DNA of 35,062 nucleotides from an uncultured Muribaculaceae bacterium (GTDB lineage Bacteria; Bacillota_I; Bacilli_A; RF39; UBA660): NCBI GenBank assembly GCA_964443805.1, contig CAYUEQ010000003.1, positions 1 to 35,062 of the forward strand, read 5' to 3'. Shown piece by piece: positions 1 to 10,514 of this stretch (position 1 is its first letter; each line of letters starts with the position of its first letter). The notes under the pieces were generated by a model. It saw only the letters and a program-made list of their open reading frames with translations, ran no database searches and was not told where the DNA came from. The position numbers and the translations under genes were made by a program.

Positions 1-1580
1 ATACAAGAACCTGTCCAGCACGAACAGCTAATGTGTATGTTGATAAAATCGCACCAACCTGTACAAATAGTGGAGATAGTACATCTTGGACAAGATCAAA
101 TAGAGTTATATATAAAGGATGTAGTGATGCAAATAGTGGATGTTCAACAGGAACAACATCACAAACATTCTCATCAACTACAACTAATGCAACAATTGCA
201 GCCTATACAATAAAAGATAAAGCAGGAAACTCAAGAACCTGTCCAGCCCGAACAGCAAAAGTCTATGTTGATAAAGGAACACCAACATGTTCATGGAAAG
301 GAACAAGCAGTAGTTGGGCCTATAGCAGAACAGTTTCTGTAACGTGTGGATCAACCGCTAGTGGATGTGATCCATCGGCAAGTAGTAATAGTTGGAGTTA
401 CTCAACAACAACTCAAACAGCCAATTTATCATATGTAATAAAAAATAGAGCAGGAACAACAGCAACTTGTACATATAATAATGCACCAATCTACGTTGAT
501 AGAACAGCACCAACCTGTTCAAGTAGTGGAGACTCTACAACATGGACAAGATCAAATAGAACAATATATAAAAACTGTAATGATGCTCATAGTGGATGCT
601 CAACAGCAAATACATCACAGACATTCTCATCAACGATAAAAAATTCAACAATTGCAGCATATACAATAACCGATAAAGTAGGAAATTCACGAACCTGTCC
701 TGCCCGAACAGCAAATGTTTATGTCGATAAAACAGCACCAACCTGTACAAATAGTGGAGACAGCACATCGTGGACGAGATCAAACAGAGTAATATATAAA
801 GGATGTAGTGATTCCCATAGTGGATGTTCAACAGGAACAACATCACAAACATTCTCATCAACTACAACTAATGCAACAATTGCAGCCTATACAATAAAAG
901 ATAAAGCAGGAAACTCAAGAACCTGTCCAGCCCGAACAGCAAAAGTCTATGTTGATAAAACCGCACCTACATGTACAAGTAGTGGTGACTCTACAACATG
1001 GACAAGGTCAAATAGAACTATATATAAAGGATGTAGTGATTCCCATAGTGGATGTTCAACCGGAACAACAAGTCATACATTTAGTTCTAATGCTAAGACT
1101 GGAACAATCCCAGCATATACAATAAAAGATAAAGCTGGAAACTCAAGAAGCTGTCCAGCGCGAACTGCAAATGTGTATGTTGATAAAACCGCCCCAAAGT
1201 TATGGTATGTTGGAACATGTGGATTGTCATCAATTGCTACAGTTTGTCATCAATTCAATTTCTCAGATAATTCAAACGATACAATCTATCTATATAGATC
1301 ATATTGTTGTAAAAACAGTAAGGTGCCTAATGGGAACTCGAACTATTGTAATACAAGTAATTTAACAGCAAAAACTAGGGTAGAAAGATTTAAAGCCGGA
1401 ATTTCTAATTCACCAGATAATAAAAGCGCAAAAACTACCCATAATTATGGTAATCATACATATAATTATAGAACGAGCTTTATAAATACACTGCCGATGC
1501 ATTACGCATTCATAGTTTGTGATAAAGCAGGAAACTGTAGTGGAACATATACTTACTTTTGTTCTAAATCATCTTGTTAG
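1..1580 (+). CDS. Cysteine-rich tandem-repeat secreted/surface protein. The 5' end lies outside the window: frame 3 is open from nt 3, and the ORF-track Met at 33 is internal.
   Basis: Frame 3 reads TRTCPARTANVYVDK from nt 3, which is the end of a repeat unit, so the gene continues upstream. There are five 76-aa units (VYVDKTAPTC..SGDSTSWTRSNR.IYKGCSDSHSGCSTGTTS.TFSS....TIAAYTIKDKAGNSRTCPARTA). A unique Cys-rich tail of about 125 aa follows, ending at TAG 1578-1580. Confidence 0.8.
   Translation, partial: TRTCPARTANVYVDKIAPTCTNSGDSTSWTRSNRVIYKGCSDANSGCSTGTTSQTFSSTTTNATIAAYTIKDKAGNSRTCPARTAKVYVDKGTPTCSWKGTSSSWAYSRTVSVTCGSTASGCDPSASSNSWSYSTTTQTANLSYVIKNRAGTTATCTYNNAPIYVDRTAPTCSSSGDSTTWTRSNRTIYKNCNDAHSGCSTANTSQTFSSTIKNSTIAAYTITDKVGNSRTCPARTANVYVDKTAPTCTNSGDSTSWTRSNRVIYKGCSDSHSGCSTGTTSQTFSSTTTNATIAAYTIKDKAGNSRTCPARTAKVYVDKTAPTCTSSGDSTTWTRSNRTIYKGCSDSHSGCSTGTTSHTFSSNAKTGTIPAYTIKDKAGNSRSCPARTANVYVDKTAPKLWYVGTCGLSSIATVCHQFNFSDNSNDTIYLYRSYCCKNSKVPNGNSNYCNTSNLTAKTRVERFKAGISNSPDNKSAKTTHNYGNHTYNYRTSFINTLPMHYAFIVCDKAGNCSGTYTYFCSKSSC
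36..1175 (+). repeat. Five in-frame tandem repeat units of exactly 228 bp within the CDS
   Basis: The TAT/TAC codon of the VYVD motif recurs at 36, 264, 492, 720, 948 and 1176, a constant 228-nt spacing. Segments 133-275 and 817-959 (offset 684 = 3 x 228) read as identical by eye. Confidence 0.9.
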
Positions 1581-1582
1581 TA

Positions 1583-1608
1583 AAAAAGTTGTTTAAAGCA
1601 GCTTTTTT
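1583..1608 (+). terminator. Putative intrinsic terminator after the repeat-protein gene
   Basis: aaaaaguug / cagcuuuuu forms a 9-bp stem (one G-U pair) with a 7-nt loop, followed by a T-run. Confidence 0.45.
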
Positions 1609-1638
1609 CTTTACTTTAAAATTTATGTTATTTTTTAC

Positions 1639-1668
1639 TGGACAAAAGCATACATTATGTTATATAAT
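1639..1668 (+). promoter_or_regulatory. Putative sigma-A promoter of the S10 operon
   Basis: TGGACA (1639-1644) lies 18 nt from TATAAT (1663-1668). Alternatively, TGtTATATA serves as an extended -10. This leaves a leader of about 125 nt before rpsJ. Confidence 0.45.
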
Positions 1669-1796
1669 CTTTGTTGTATGACTGCTTTGATGTGCGAGGT
1701 TGCTGATACACTAGGTTAAGTTGTTTGGACGACTTGGTGTTCAGGTAATTTGTGCGGAGCAAGTCTATACTAGATATAGACGAAAGGAGAAGACGA

Positions 1797-2105
1797 ATGG
1801 CAAACGAAAAAGTTAAGATCAGATTAAAAGCATATGATCATCGTGTTCTAGACAAGGCTGCTGGTAAAATAGTTGAAACTATTAAAAGAACTGGCGGAGA
1901 AGTATCAGGACCTGTCCCGCTTCCAACTGAAATTGAGAAATTTACAGTATTAAAAGCGGTTCATAAATATAAGGATTCAAGAGAGCAATTTGAAATGCGT
2001 ACGCATAAAAGATTGATTGAAATTAAAAATCCTAGTAAAGAAACAATTGATGCTTTAACACATTTGGATTTACCAAGTGGTGTAGACATTAATATAAAAT
2101 TATAA
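1797..2105 (+). CDS. rpsJ: 30S ribosomal protein S10
   Basis: [19 protein letters not shown]...[15 protein letters not shown]...[13 protein letters not shown]. The start was moved to ATG 1797, downstream of AAAGGAGA; the ORF-track start at 1752 is an upstream extension. Confidence 0.97.
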   Translation: MANEKVKIRLKAYDHRVLDKAAGKIVETIKRTGGEVSGPVPLPTEIEKFTVLKAVHKYKDSREQFEMRTHKRLIEIKNPSKETIDALTHLDLPSGVDINIKL

Positions 2106-2128
2106 CAATATAAGAAAGAAGGAAAAAT

Positions 2129-2893
2129 ATGAAAGGAATCTTAGGTCGTAAAATCGGAATGACCGAAGTATTTACGAAAGATGGGAAATTAATCCCAGTT
2201 ACTGTTGTTGAAGTTGAACCGAATATTGTAACTCAAGTTAAAACAGTAGAAAATGATGGTTACAGCGCTATCCAATTAGGTGTAACTGAGAAAAAATTAT
2301 CCCGTGCTTCAAAAGCAAGCATAGGACATGCTAAAAAAGCAAATACCACTCCTAAGCGCTTCTTAAAAGAAATTAGAGACTTTGAAGGAGATTTAAATTT
2401 AGGTGATAAAGTTTGTGCAGATATATTTACAATTGGAGAAATAGTAGATGTAACTGGTACAAGCAAAGGAAAAGGTTTTCAAGGATCTATTAAAAGACAT
2501 AATTATTCAATAGGACCTATGTCGCATGGATCACGTTATCATAGAGGCTCTGGATCTTTAGGATCAATGGAACCAAAACGTGTATTTAAAGGAACGAAGT
2601 TACCAGGACATATGGGTCATGAAACAACTACTATTCAAAACTTAGAAATTATAGATATTAGTTTAGTAGATAATTATATCTTAGTTAGTGGAAATATCCC
2701 TGGACCAAAAAAATCTTTAGTATTAATAAAATCAGCTGTTAAGGATTCAAAAAAAGTTGATCCAAAAGAATTAATTAAATATGATGAAAAAATAAATGAT
2801 TTAAATGATGCTCAAGAACAAGTAATAGATAAGATTGAAGAAGAAGTTACAGAAGTAAAAGAAACTACTGAAACTAAAGAGGTAGGTGAATAA
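2129..2893 (+). CDS. rplC: 50S ribosomal protein L3 with an acidic C-terminal extension of about 45 aa
   Basis: [15 protein letters not shown]...[17 protein letters not shown]. Operon position supports the call. Confidence 0.96.
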   Translation: MKGILGRKIGMTEVFTKDGKLIPVTVVEVEPNIVTQVKTVENDGYSAIQLGVTEKKLSRASKASIGHAKKANTTPKRFLKEIRDFEGDLNLGDKVCADIFTIGEIVDVTGTSKGKGFQGSIKRHNYSIGPMSHGSRYHRGSGSLGSMEPKRVFKGTKLPGHMGHETTTIQNLEIIDISLVDNYILVSGNIPGPKKSLVLIKSAVKDSKKVDPKELIKYDEKINDLNDAQEQVIDKIEEEVTEVKETTETKEVGE

Positions 2894-2895
2894 TA

Positions 2896-3519
2896 ATGGC
2901 AAAAATAAGTTTACTAAACCTTAAAGGTGAAAAGATTAAAGATATTACATTAAAAGATAATATTTGGAATATTGATGTTAACGATGTTGTTTTAAATAAA
3001 GCTGTTAATTTATCACTATCATCTTTAAGACAAGGATCACATAAGACTAAAACTAGAGCTGAAGTAGCTGGTGGAGGTCGTAAACCATGGAGACAAAAAG
3101 GAACAGGACGTGCTAGAGCAGGCTCTACTAGAAGTCCAATATGGGTTGGTGGTGGACATTCATTTGCCATTACACCAAGAGATTATTCTAAAAAAATGAA
3201 TAGAAAAGAAAAACTACTAGCTCTTAAGAGTGCTTATACATATAAGTTTAAAGATAAAGAGTTAATAGTAGTAGATGAAATTAAATTAGATAGTTATAAA
3301 ACAAAAGATATTGTTAAATTACTAGAAAATTTTAAAACATCTAAAAAAGTTATGATTGTAACTAAAGAAGAAAATGAAAACTTATATAAGGCAACAAGAA
3401 ATTTAGAGAATGTATTTGTAAGTTTAGCATCAGAAATAGGAGTTTTAGACTTAGTATTTACTGATACATTAATTTGTGATGAAGCATCAATAAAACATAT
3501 AGAGGAGGTGCTTAAATAA
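2896..3519 (+). CDS. rplD: 50S ribosomal protein L4
   Basis: GGGRKPWRQKGTGRARAGSTRSPIW.GGG motif. Operon position supports the call. Confidence 0.96.
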   Translation: MAKISLLNLKGEKIKDITLKDNIWNIDVNDVVLNKAVNLSLSSLRQGSHKTKTRAEVAGGGRKPWRQKGTGRARAGSTRSPIWVGGGHSFAITPRDYSKKMNRKEKLLALKSAYTYKFKDKELIVVDEIKLDSYKTKDIVKLLENFKTSKKVMIVTKEENENLYKATRNLENVFVSLASEIGVLDLVFTDTLICDEASIKHIEEVLK

Positions 3520-3797
3520 TGAAAGATTTTACTGATATTATTATAGCACCAGTTATTACAGAAAAAGCTAGTGCAATTGCAAGTGATGGAAAAACATATG
3601 TGTTCAAAGTTAAGAAAAGTGCAAATAAGCATGAAATTAAGGACGCTATTGAAAAAGCGTTTAATGTACACGTTGTTAAATTAAATACCTTAATAACTAA
3701 ACCAAAAGATAAAAGAGTTGGTCGTTATACAGGTAAAACAAAAACATATAAGAAAGCTATTTTTACACTTAAAGATGGCGAATCGATAGAAATATAG
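3519..3797 (+). CDS. rplW: 50S ribosomal protein L23
   Basis: The 92-aa product begins DIIIAPVITEKA. A TAATG overlap links it to rplD. Confidence 0.95.
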   Translation: MKDFTDIIIAPVITEKASAIASDGKTYVFKVKKSANKHEIKDAIEKAFNVHVVKLNTLITKPKDKRVGRYTGKTKTYKKAIFTLKDGESIEI

Positions 3798-3812
3798 GAA
3801 GGATGCATTATT

Positions 3813-4646
3813 ATGCCAATTAAGAAGTATAAACCAACAACTCCAGGGCGTCGTAATATGAGTAGCTTAGTTAATGAAGGATTATCTAAAAATAAACCTG
3901 AAAAATCATTAGTTAAAGCTCAGAAAAAAACTGGTGGTAGAAATAACCAAGGAAAAACTACAGTTAGACACATTGGTGGAGGAGCAAAAAGAAAATATCG
4001 TGTAATAGATTTTAAGAGAAATAAATTTGATATTACAGCTAGAGTTGTTTCAATCGAGTACGATCCGAATCGTAATGCTAATATTGCTTTACTAAATTAT
4101 AAAGATGGTGAAAAAAGATATATTATCGCACCAAAAAATTTAAAAGTAGATAGTATTCTTCAATCTGGACCAAATGCTGATATTATTATTGGAAATGCAC
4201 TTCCATTACAAAATATTCCAGTTGGAACAGTTGTACATAATATCGAAATAAAACCAGGAAAAGGTGCACAATTATGTCGTAGTGCTGGAACAAGTGCTCA
4301 AATACTTGGACGTGAAGGAAAATATGTACTAGTAAGAATTCAAAGTGGAGAAACAAGAAAAGTATTAGGAACCTGCATGGCTACTGTTGGAGTAGTTGGA
4401 AACGAAGATGCTGAGCTATTAAAAATAGGTAAGGCTGGACGTAAACGTCTAATGGGTGTAAGACCTACAGTTAGAGGATCAGTTATGAACCCTAATGACC
4501 ATCCACATGGTGGTGGAGAAGGAAAAGCTCCAATTGGTCGTAAGTCACCTGTTACTCCATGGGGTAAACCTACTCTAGGATTAAAAACACGAAAAAATAA
4601 AAAAGCTTCTGACAAATTAATAGTCAGTCGTAAGAAGAAAAAATAG
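3813..4646 (+). CDS. rplB: 50S ribosomal protein L2
   Basis: [14 protein letters not shown]...[19 protein letters not shown]. Confidence 0.98.
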   Translation: MPIKKYKPTTPGRRNMSSLVNEGLSKNKPEKSLVKAQKKTGGRNNQGKTTVRHIGGGAKRKYRVIDFKRNKFDITARVVSIEYDPNRNANIALLNYKDGEKRYIIAPKNLKVDSILQSGPNADIIIGNALPLQNIPVGTVVHNIEIKPGKGAQLCRSAGTSAQILGREGKYVLVRIQSGETRKVLGTCMATVGVVGNEDAELLKIGKAGRKRLMGVRPTVRGSVMNPNDHPHGGGEGKAPIGRKSPVTPWGKPTLGLKTRKNKKASDKLIVSRKKKK

Positions 4647-4659
4647 GAGGGATTATTAA

Positions 4660-4923
4660 ATGGCAAGAAGTTTGAAAAAAGGACCTTATGTATTCGATAG
4701 ATTACTTAAAAGAGTTCAAGAATTAAATAAAAACAATAAAAAAGAAGTTATAAAAACATGGTCACGTCGTTCTACTATTTTCCCTGACTTTGTTGGACAC
4801 ACTATAGCTGTTCACAATGGAAAAGAATTTATACCAGTATATATAACTGAAGATATGGTTGGTCATAAACTAGGTGAATTTGCATTAACACGTAAATTTG
4901 GTGGCCACACAGGAAACAAATAG
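4660..4923 (+). CDS. rpsS: 30S ribosomal protein S19
   Basis: [11 protein letters not shown]...[29 protein letters not shown]. Confidence 0.97.
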   Translation: MARSLKKGPYVFDRLLKRVQELNKNNKKEVIKTWSRRSTIFPDFVGHTIAVHNGKEFIPVYITEDMVGHKLGEFALTRKFGGHTGNK

Positions 4924-4934
4924 GAGGTAAATAG

Positions 4935-5282
4935 ATGGAAACTTATGCAACACATAAAGCGGCAATGATTGCACCAAGAAAAGCAAGAATGACTTTAGAT
5001 CTAATAAGAAATAAAGATATTAATACTGCTAGAGGAATATTATCAAACACAAATACAAAATCAAGTCGTTTAATTAAAAGAGTTTTAGAATCAGCAATAG
5101 CAAATGCTGTAAACAATCTAAACTTAGATGAAACAAAACTATTTATTTCAGAATGTTACGTTAATCCAGGAGTTGTTTATAAAAGACAAAAATTTGCATC
5201 TCGTGGACATGTAGATAGAAGAGATAAAAGAACTAGTCATATAACAATAAAAGTTAGTGACGGGGAAGAGGAGGCAAAATAG
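4935..5282 (+). CDS. rplV: 50S ribosomal protein L22
   Basis: The 115-aa product contains the [13 protein letters not shown] motif. Operon position supports the call. Confidence 0.95.
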   Translation: METYATHKAAMIAPRKARMTLDLIRNKDINTARGILSNTNTKSSRLIKRVLESAIANAVNNLNLDETKLFISECYVNPGVVYKRQKFASRGHVDRRDKRTSHITIKVSDGEEEAK

Positions 5283-5283
5283 T

Positions 5284-5961
5284 ATGGGTCAAAAAGTAAA
5301 TCCAATAGGTTTTAGAACCGGAATTAATAAAGATTGGGAATCTAAATGGTATGCACCATCAAAAGACTTTGGTGATATGCTGAACAAAGATATTAAAATC
5401 AGAAAACATTTAGCAAAATACTTAAAAGATGCTGCTGTTGCTTCTGTTATTATCGAAAGAAATAAAAAAAGAACTGATATTACAATCAATACTGCTAAAC
5501 CAGGAGTCGTTATCGGTCGTGGTGGAGAAGATATTGAAAAATTACGTAATGCTTTGAAAAAATTAGTTAATGAAGAAATTTATGTTTCGATTGTAGAAGT
5601 AAAAAAACCTAATTTAAATGCTCAATTAGTAGCTGATGATATTGCTAGACAATTAGAAGCTAGAGCACCGTTTAGAGGAGCTCAAAAAAGAGCGATTAGA
5701 AACGTAATGAAATCAGGAGCTAAAGGAATTAGAACTTTAGTTTCAGGAAGATTAGGTGGAGCTGAAATGGCTCGTAGTGAAGGTTATTCAGAAGGAACTG
5801 TTCCACTACACACTCTAAGAGCTGATATTGATTATGCAACATCAGAAGCACATACAACTTATGGAATATTAGGAGTTAAAGTATGGATTTATAAAGGTGA
5901 AATCCTTCCTGAAAAGAAAAACAAGGAGGTTTTACAAAATGTTGATGCCAAAAAAAACTAA
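5284..5961 (+). CDS. rpsC: 30S ribosomal protein S3
   Basis: [24 protein letters not shown]. The start was moved to ATG 5284, after GAGGAGG; the ORF-track start at 5257 lies inside rplV. Confidence 0.97.
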   Translation: MGQKVNPIGFRTGINKDWESKWYAPSKDFGDMLNKDIKIRKHLAKYLKDAAVASVIIERNKKRTDITINTAKPGVVIGRGGEDIEKLRNALKKLVNEEIYVSIVEVKKPNLNAQLVADDIARQLEARAPFRGAQKRAIRNVMKSGAKGIRTLVSGRLGGAEMARSEGYSEGTVPLHTLRADIDYATSEAHTTYGILGVKVWIYKGEILPEKKNKEVLQNVDAKKN

Positions 5962-6361
5962 ATACCGTAAACCTCATCGTTTAACTTATAAAGGTAAAGC
6001 TCGTGGAAACTTAGAACTTCATTTTGGAGACTATGGTTTAATGGCAAAAGAAGGAGCATGGATTACTGCTCGTCAAATAGAAGCTGCTCGTATAGCGATG
6101 ACTCGTTACATGAAACGTGGAGGAAAAGTATGGATAAACATTTTCCCTCATCAAGCTCTAACAAGAAAACCCCTTGAAACAAGAATGGGTAAAGGAAAAG
6201 GAAATGTTGAGGACTGGGTAGCAGTAGTTAAAGAAGGAAAAATCATGTTTGAAATTAATGGTGTTCCTGAAGATGTTGCTCGTGAAGCCTTAAGACTTGC
6301 TTCACACAAATTACCTATTAAAAGTAAATTTGTGAAGAAAGAAATAATTGGTGGTGAATAA
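5939..6361 (+). CDS. rplP: 50S ribosomal protein L16
   Basis: [14 protein letters not shown]... The start is ATG 5939, after AAGGAGG (5923-5929). It overlaps the rpsC 3' end by 23 nt. Confidence 0.95.
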   Translation: MLMPKKTKYRKPHRLTYKGKARGNLELHFGDYGLMAKEGAWITARQIEAARIAMTRYMKRGGKVWINIFPHQALTRKPLETRMGKGKGNVEDWVAVVKEGKIMFEINGVPEDVAREALRLASHKLPIKSKFVKKEIIGGE

Positions 6362-6362
6362 T

Positions 6363-6575
6363 ATGAAGGTTGAAGAAATAAGAAAATTAAGTAATGAAGA
6401 AATAACAAAGAAAATTACAGAAACTAAATCAGAACTATTTGATTTACGTTTAAAAGCTTCTACTGGAACATTAGATGCGCCTTCAAAAATTAACAGTTTA
6501 AGAAAAACTGTAGCACGTATGAAAACAATTCTTAAAGAAAGAGAATTAGAGAGTGGTGAAAAAGATGGAAAATAA
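6363..6575 (+). CDS. rpmC: 50S ribosomal protein L29
   Basis: [14 protein letters not shown]...[13 protein letters not shown]. The start was moved to ATG 6363. Confidence 0.93.
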   Translation: MKVEEIRKLSNEEITKKITETKSELFDLRLKASTGTLDAPSKINSLRKTVARMKTILKERELESGEKDGK

Positions 6576-6822
6576 AAAAACAGAACTAATTGGTAAAGTT
6601 GTAAGTGCTAAGAGTGATAAAACAATTTCAGTTTTAGTAGAAACACATCGTCCACATCCACTTTATGGTAAGAGAGTAAAATATTCTAAAAAATATGTCG
6701 CTCATGATGAAAAAAATAAAGCAAAAGAAGGGGACACAGTAAAAATTAAGAAGACTAGACCATTATCTAAAACAAAAAGATATGAATTGGTTAGTGTTTT
6801 AGTTGAAGCTGTAGTTTTATAA
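6565..6822 (+). CDS. rpsQ: 30S ribosomal protein S17
   Basis: [17 protein letters not shown]...[18 protein letters not shown]. The start is ATG 6565 and overlaps the rpmC stop. Confidence 0.94.
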   Translation: MENKKTELIGKVVSAKSDKTISVLVETHRPHPLYGKRVKYSKKYVAHDEKNKAKEGDTVKIKKTRPLSKTKRYELVSVLVEAVVL

Positions 6823-6834
6823 GGAGGTATTACA

Positions 6835-7206
6835 ATGGTTGCACAAGAATCAAGATTAAAAGTTTGTGATAACTCAGGTGCACGTGAGATTCTAGTAATT
6901 AGAGTTTTAGGTGGTTCTGTAGTAAAATCTGGTGGTATCGGTGATATTGTTGTCGGTACTGTTAAAAAAGCTATTCCTAATAGTAATATCCCTAAAGGTA
7001 AAATTGTAAGAGCAGTTATCGTTAGAACTAAACATGGAGCTAAACGCGAAGATGGAAGTTATATTAAATTTGATGATAATGCATGTGTTCTACTTAAAGA
7101 TGATAATTCATTAGTAGGTACAAGAATATTAGGACCAGTTGCACGTGAACTTCGTGAAAACAAAGATTTCATGAAAATAATTTCACTAGCACCTGAAGTG
7201 TTATAG
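6835..7206 (+). CDS. rplN: 50S ribosomal protein L14
   Basis: [25 protein letters not shown]. Confidence 0.97.
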   Translation: MVAQESRLKVCDNSGAREILVIRVLGGSVVKSGGIGDIVVGTVKKAIPNSNIPKGKIVRAVIVRTKHGAKREDGSYIKFDDNACVLLKDDNSLVGTRILGPVARELRENKDFMKIISLAPEVL

Positions 7207-7216
7207 GAGGGATCAT

Positions 7217-7480
7217 ATGAAAATAAGAGTTGGAGACACTGTAAAAGTTATTACTGGAGCTTCAAAAGGCAAAGAAGGTAAAGTTATAACTGTTTTAAGA
7301 AAAACTGACCGTGTTGTTGTTGAAGGCATTAATATCGTTAAAAAGCATATGAAACCTACACGAACAAATGAAACTGGAGGAATAATCGAAAGACCAAATC
7401 CAATCCATGTTTCAAATGTAAAAGTTATTAAAACAATTGAAAAAAACAAAAAAACAAAAAAGAAAGAAAAAGCAAGTTAG
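7217..7480 (+). CDS. rplX: 50S ribosomal protein L24 (short form with a Lys-rich tail)
   Basis: KOW motif GDTVKVITGASKGKEGKV, followed by VEGINIVKKH.KPT. Confidence 0.94.
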   Translation: MKIRVGDTVKVITGASKGKEGKVITVLRKTDRVVVEGINIVKKHMKPTRTNETGGIIERPNPIHVSNVKVIKTIEKNKKTKKKEKAS

Positions 7481-7493
7481 GAGGAAAGCATAG

Positions 7494-8033
7494 ATGGATA
7501 AATTAAAGAAAATATATAATGAAAAAATAACAAAAGAGTTAATGGATAAATATAAATATAAATCTGTTATGCAAGTACCAAGACTTGATAAGATAGTTAT
7601 TAATATGGGAATTGGTGAAGGTGTACATGATTCTAAATATATCGATGCAGCTGTTGAAGAATTAGCACTGATATCTGGTCAAAAACCTATTAAAACTAAA
7701 GCAAAAAAATCAATTGCAGGTTTTAAATTAAGAGAAGATAATGTGATTGGTACAAAAGTAACTCTTAGAGCTGAAAATATGTATATATTTTTAGATAAGC
7801 TTATAAAAATCGCTTTACCAAGAGTAAGAGATTTTAGAGGATTATCACCAAAATCATTTGATGGATTTGGAAACTATACTTTAGGAGTAAAAGAACAATT
7901 GATATTTTCAGAAATAGAATATGATAATGTATTAAAAATTAGAGGCATGGATATAGTTTTTGTTACAACAGCTAAAACAAATGATGAAGCATTAAGCTTA
8001 CTAAAAGCTTGTGGAATGCCTTTTAGAAAGTAG
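7494..8033 (+). CDS. rplE: 50S ribosomal protein L5
   Basis: The 179-aa product contains [15 protein letters not shown] and [12 protein letters not shown]. Confidence 0.96.
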   Translation: MDKLKKIYNEKITKELMDKYKYKSVMQVPRLDKIVINMGIGEGVHDSKYIDAAVEELALISGQKPIKTKAKKSIAGFKLREDNVIGTKVTLRAENMYIFLDKLIKIALPRVRDFRGLSPKSFDGFGNYTLGVKEQLIFSEIEYDNVLKIRGMDIVFVTTAKTNDEALSLLKACGMPFRK

Positions 8034-8044
8034 GTTGAGGTAAA

Positions 8045-8230
8045 ATGGCAAAAAAAAGCATGATCGTTAAAAACAAAAGAGGATCAAAGTTCAAATCTCG
8101 TAATTATACTAGATGTGAAAGATGTGGCCGTCCTCATGGCGTACTTAGAAAATTTAAATTATGTCGTATATGTTTTAGAGAACTTGCATCTCGTGGACAA
8201 ATACCTGGCGTTAAGAAATCAAGCTGGTAG
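8045..8230 (+). CDS. rpsN: 30S ribosomal protein S14, type Z (zinc-binding, 61 aa)
   Basis: [25 protein letters not shown]; a four-Cys zinc knuckle. Confidence 0.96.
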   Translation: MAKKSMIVKNKRGSKFKSRNYTRCERCGRPHGVLRKFKLCRICFRELASRGQIPGVKKSSW

Positions 8231-8245
8231 GAAGGAAAGATTTAG

Positions 8246-8641
8246 ATGGTAAATGATTATATAGCAGATATGTTAACAAGAATACGTAATGCTAATCAAA
8301 TGAATTATAAAACTGTTGAAGTATTAGGGTCAAGAATGACTTTAAGTATAGCTGAAATTCTAAAAGAACAAGGTTATATTGAAGAGTTTAAGTATGTAAA
8401 AAACAAAACAGGAGATAAACTTACTTTAAATTTAAAGTATGGACCTAAGAAAGAAAGAGTAATAGTAGGACTAAAAAGAATTAGTAAGCCTGGACTTCGT
8501 GTTTATGCAAAATCTAATGAAATTCCATATGTGTTAAATGGACTCGGAATTGCAATTATCTCTACTTCAGAAGGTTTAATGACTGATAAAGAAGCAAGAA
8601 ATAAAAATCTGGGAGGAGAAGTACTTGCCTACGTATGGTAA
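8246..8641 (+). CDS. rpsH: 30S ribosomal protein S8
   Basis: [13 protein letters not shown]...GGEVLAYVW. Confidence 0.96.
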   Translation: MVNDYIADMLTRIRNANQMNYKTVEVLGSRMTLSIAEILKEQGYIEEFKYVKNKTGDKLTLNLKYGPKKERVIVGLKRISKPGLRVYAKSNEIPYVLNGLGIAIISTSEGLMTDKEARNKNLGGEVLAYVW

Positions 8642-8653
8642 GGAAAAATAACA

Positions 8654-9190
8654 ATGAGTAGAATTGGTAAAAGAGAACTTTTAATTCCAGAAAATGTTAC
8701 TGCTGAAGTTAATGACAACATAGTTAAAGTAAAAGGTCCTAAAGGAGAATTAGATTTAGAATTACATCCACTAACTACTGTTAAAGTAGAAGATGGTAAA
8801 GTAAAGGTAAGTATTAAAAATAATTCAATAAAAGCAAAAGCATTACATGGAACAATAAATTCATTAATCAAAAATATGATTATTGGAGTTACTGAAGGTT
8901 ATATAAAAGAATTAGAATCTGTTGGTGTAGGATATAGATTTGCAGTTAGTGGCAATAAAGTTGTTGTTAGTGCAGGATATTCAAACCCAGTTAATGTTGA
9001 AGTACCTTCAGATTTAAAAGTAGAATCAAAAAGTAATACAGAGTTATCAATTTCAGGAATTGATAAACAAAAAGTATCTGAATTTGCGGCTAATATTCGT
9101 AAAATAAGAGAACCAGAACCTTATAAAGGTAAAGGTATTCGTTATAAAGACGAAGTTGTTAGACGTAAAGAAGGTAAGAAAGCTGCATAG
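8654..9190 (+). CDS. rplF: 50S ribosomal protein L6
   Basis: [15 protein letters not shown]...[19 protein letters not shown]. Confidence 0.96.
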   Translation: MSRIGKRELLIPENVTAEVNDNIVKVKGPKGELDLELHPLTTVKVEDGKVKVSIKNNSIKAKALHGTINSLIKNMIIGVTEGYIKELESVGVGYRFAVSGNKVVVSAGYSNPVNVEVPSDLKVESKSNTELSISGIDKQKVSEFAANIRKIREPEPYKGKGIRYKDEVVRRKEGKKAA

Positions 9191-9201
9191 GGAGGGATAT
9201 T

Positions 9202-9558
9202 ATGATAAAAAAAGAATCAAACAATACTGCAAGAATTAGAAGACATGCACGTATTAGAAATAAAATTACTGGTACTGCAGAAGTTCCGAGATTAAATATA
9301 TTTAGATCAAACAATAATATCTTTGCACAAGTAATTGATGATGAACAAGGAAAAACATTAGTAAGTTCTTCTTCTATAGCTTTAAAAATTAAAACAGGCA
9401 ATAATATTGAGGGAGCTGCTTTAATTGGAAAAGATATTGCAGAAAAATGTAAGAAAGCAAAAATAACCAAAGTAGTATTTGATCGTGGTGGATACTTATA
9501 TCACGGCAGAGTAAAAGCATTAGCTGAGGCTGCACGTGAAAATGGTTTAGAGTTTTAG
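9202..9558 (+). CDS. rplR: 50S ribosomal protein L18
   Basis: [14 protein letters not shown]...[24 protein letters not shown]. Confidence 0.96.
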   Translation: MIKKESNNTARIRRHARIRNKITGTAEVPRLNIFRSNNNIFAQVIDDEQGKTLVSSSSIALKIKTGNNIEGAALIGKDIAEKCKKAKITKVVFDRGGYLYHGRVKALAEAARENGLEF

Positions 9559-9568
9559 GAGGGTATAG

Positions 9569-10072
9569 ATGGCAAGATTTGTAAGAAAAGATAAGAAAAA
9601 ATTATTAGAAGAAACAGTTATTGCTATAAATCGTGTTACTAAAGTAACAAAAGGTGGACGTCATTTTCGATTCTCAGCAACAGTTGTTGTTGGAAACAGA
9701 AAAGGATTAGTTGGACTAGGAACTGGTAAAGCTAATGAAGTACCTGAGGCAATAAATAAAGCAATTCAAAAAGCTAATAAAAATGTAATTAAAATCCCTC
9801 TAATTGATAATAGAACTATTCCACATGATGCAATTGGAAAATGTGGACGCGCTGAAGTCTTAGTTAAACCAGCTAAAGAAGGTCGAGGAGTAGTTGCAGG
9901 TGGATCTGTTAGAGCAGTTGTTGAACTAGCAGGTATTAAAGATATCGTATCTAAATCACTTGGTGCTAATACAAAAGTAAACGTTGCTAAAGCAACTATG
10001 GATGCATTAGCACAACAAAGAACTCCAGAACGTATTGCATCTCTACGTGGGTTAAAAGAGGAGGATTTATAA
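9569..10072 (+). CDS. rpsE: 30S ribosomal protein S5
   Basis: [39 protein letters not shown]. Confidence 0.97.
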   Translation: MARFVRKDKKKLLEETVIAINRVTKVTKGGRHFRFSATVVVGNRKGLVGLGTGKANEVPEAINKAIQKANKNVIKIPLIDNRTIPHDAIGKCGRAEVLVKPAKEGRGVVAGGSVRAVVELAGIKDIVSKSLGANTKVNVAKATMDALAQQRTPERIASLRGLKEEDL

Positions 10073-10073
10073 G

Positions 10074-10514
10074 ATGAAGTTACATGAATTAGATAAATCT
10101 CCAGAACAAAAGGTAAGAAAAAGAGTTGGACGTGGGCCTGGAAGTGGAACAGGAAAAACTTCTGGTCGTGGACATAAAGGATATGGTGCTAGATCTGGTT
10201 CAAGTATGAAACCATGGTTCGAAGGGGGACAAACACCTCTACATGCACGTATTCCTAAAAGAGGTTTTAACAACAAACGTTTTGAAACTAAATATGCAAC
10301 TGTTAACTTAAGCGATTTAAACAGATTTAATGATGGAGATGTAATCACTCCAGAAATACTTCTAGAAACAAGATTAATTAATAAATTATTATCGGGAGTA
10401 AAAGTTCTAGGTAATGGTAATTTAGAAAAAAAATTAACTATTAAAGCACATCGTTTTTCAAGTAAAGCAGTTACTAAAATAGAAGAATCTGGTGGAAAAG
10501 CAGAGGTGATTTAA
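10074..10514 (+). CDS. rplO: 50S ribosomal protein L15
   Basis: MKLHEL......[20 protein letters not shown]. It starts 1 nt after the rpsE stop. Confidence 0.96.
   Translation: MKLHELDKSPEQKVRKRVGRGPGSGTGKTSGRGHKGYGARSGSSMKPWFEGGQTPLHARIPKRGFNNKRFETKYATVNLSDLNRFNDGDVITPEILLETRLINKLLSGVKVLGNGNLEKKLTIKAHRFSSKAVTKIEESGGKAEVI

Noticed and set aside
36-1175. Could the regular 228-bp repeats be a CRISPR array or a mobile-element array?
   Set aside because: The units are contiguous with no spacers, far longer than CRISPR repeats, and maintain one open reading frame with a conserved protein motif. They are coding tandem repeats.
31-1365. ORFs 31-213(+), 535-861(-) and 1171-1365(+) inside the repeat gene.
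   Set aside because: They are off-frame or antisense readings of the 228-bp repeats. The frame-3 reading is continuous, periodic and conserves the Cys pattern.
10072-10074. A hidden or degenerate rpmD between rpsE and rplO.
   Set aside because: Only one nucleotide separates the two genes, so there is no room for even a remnant.
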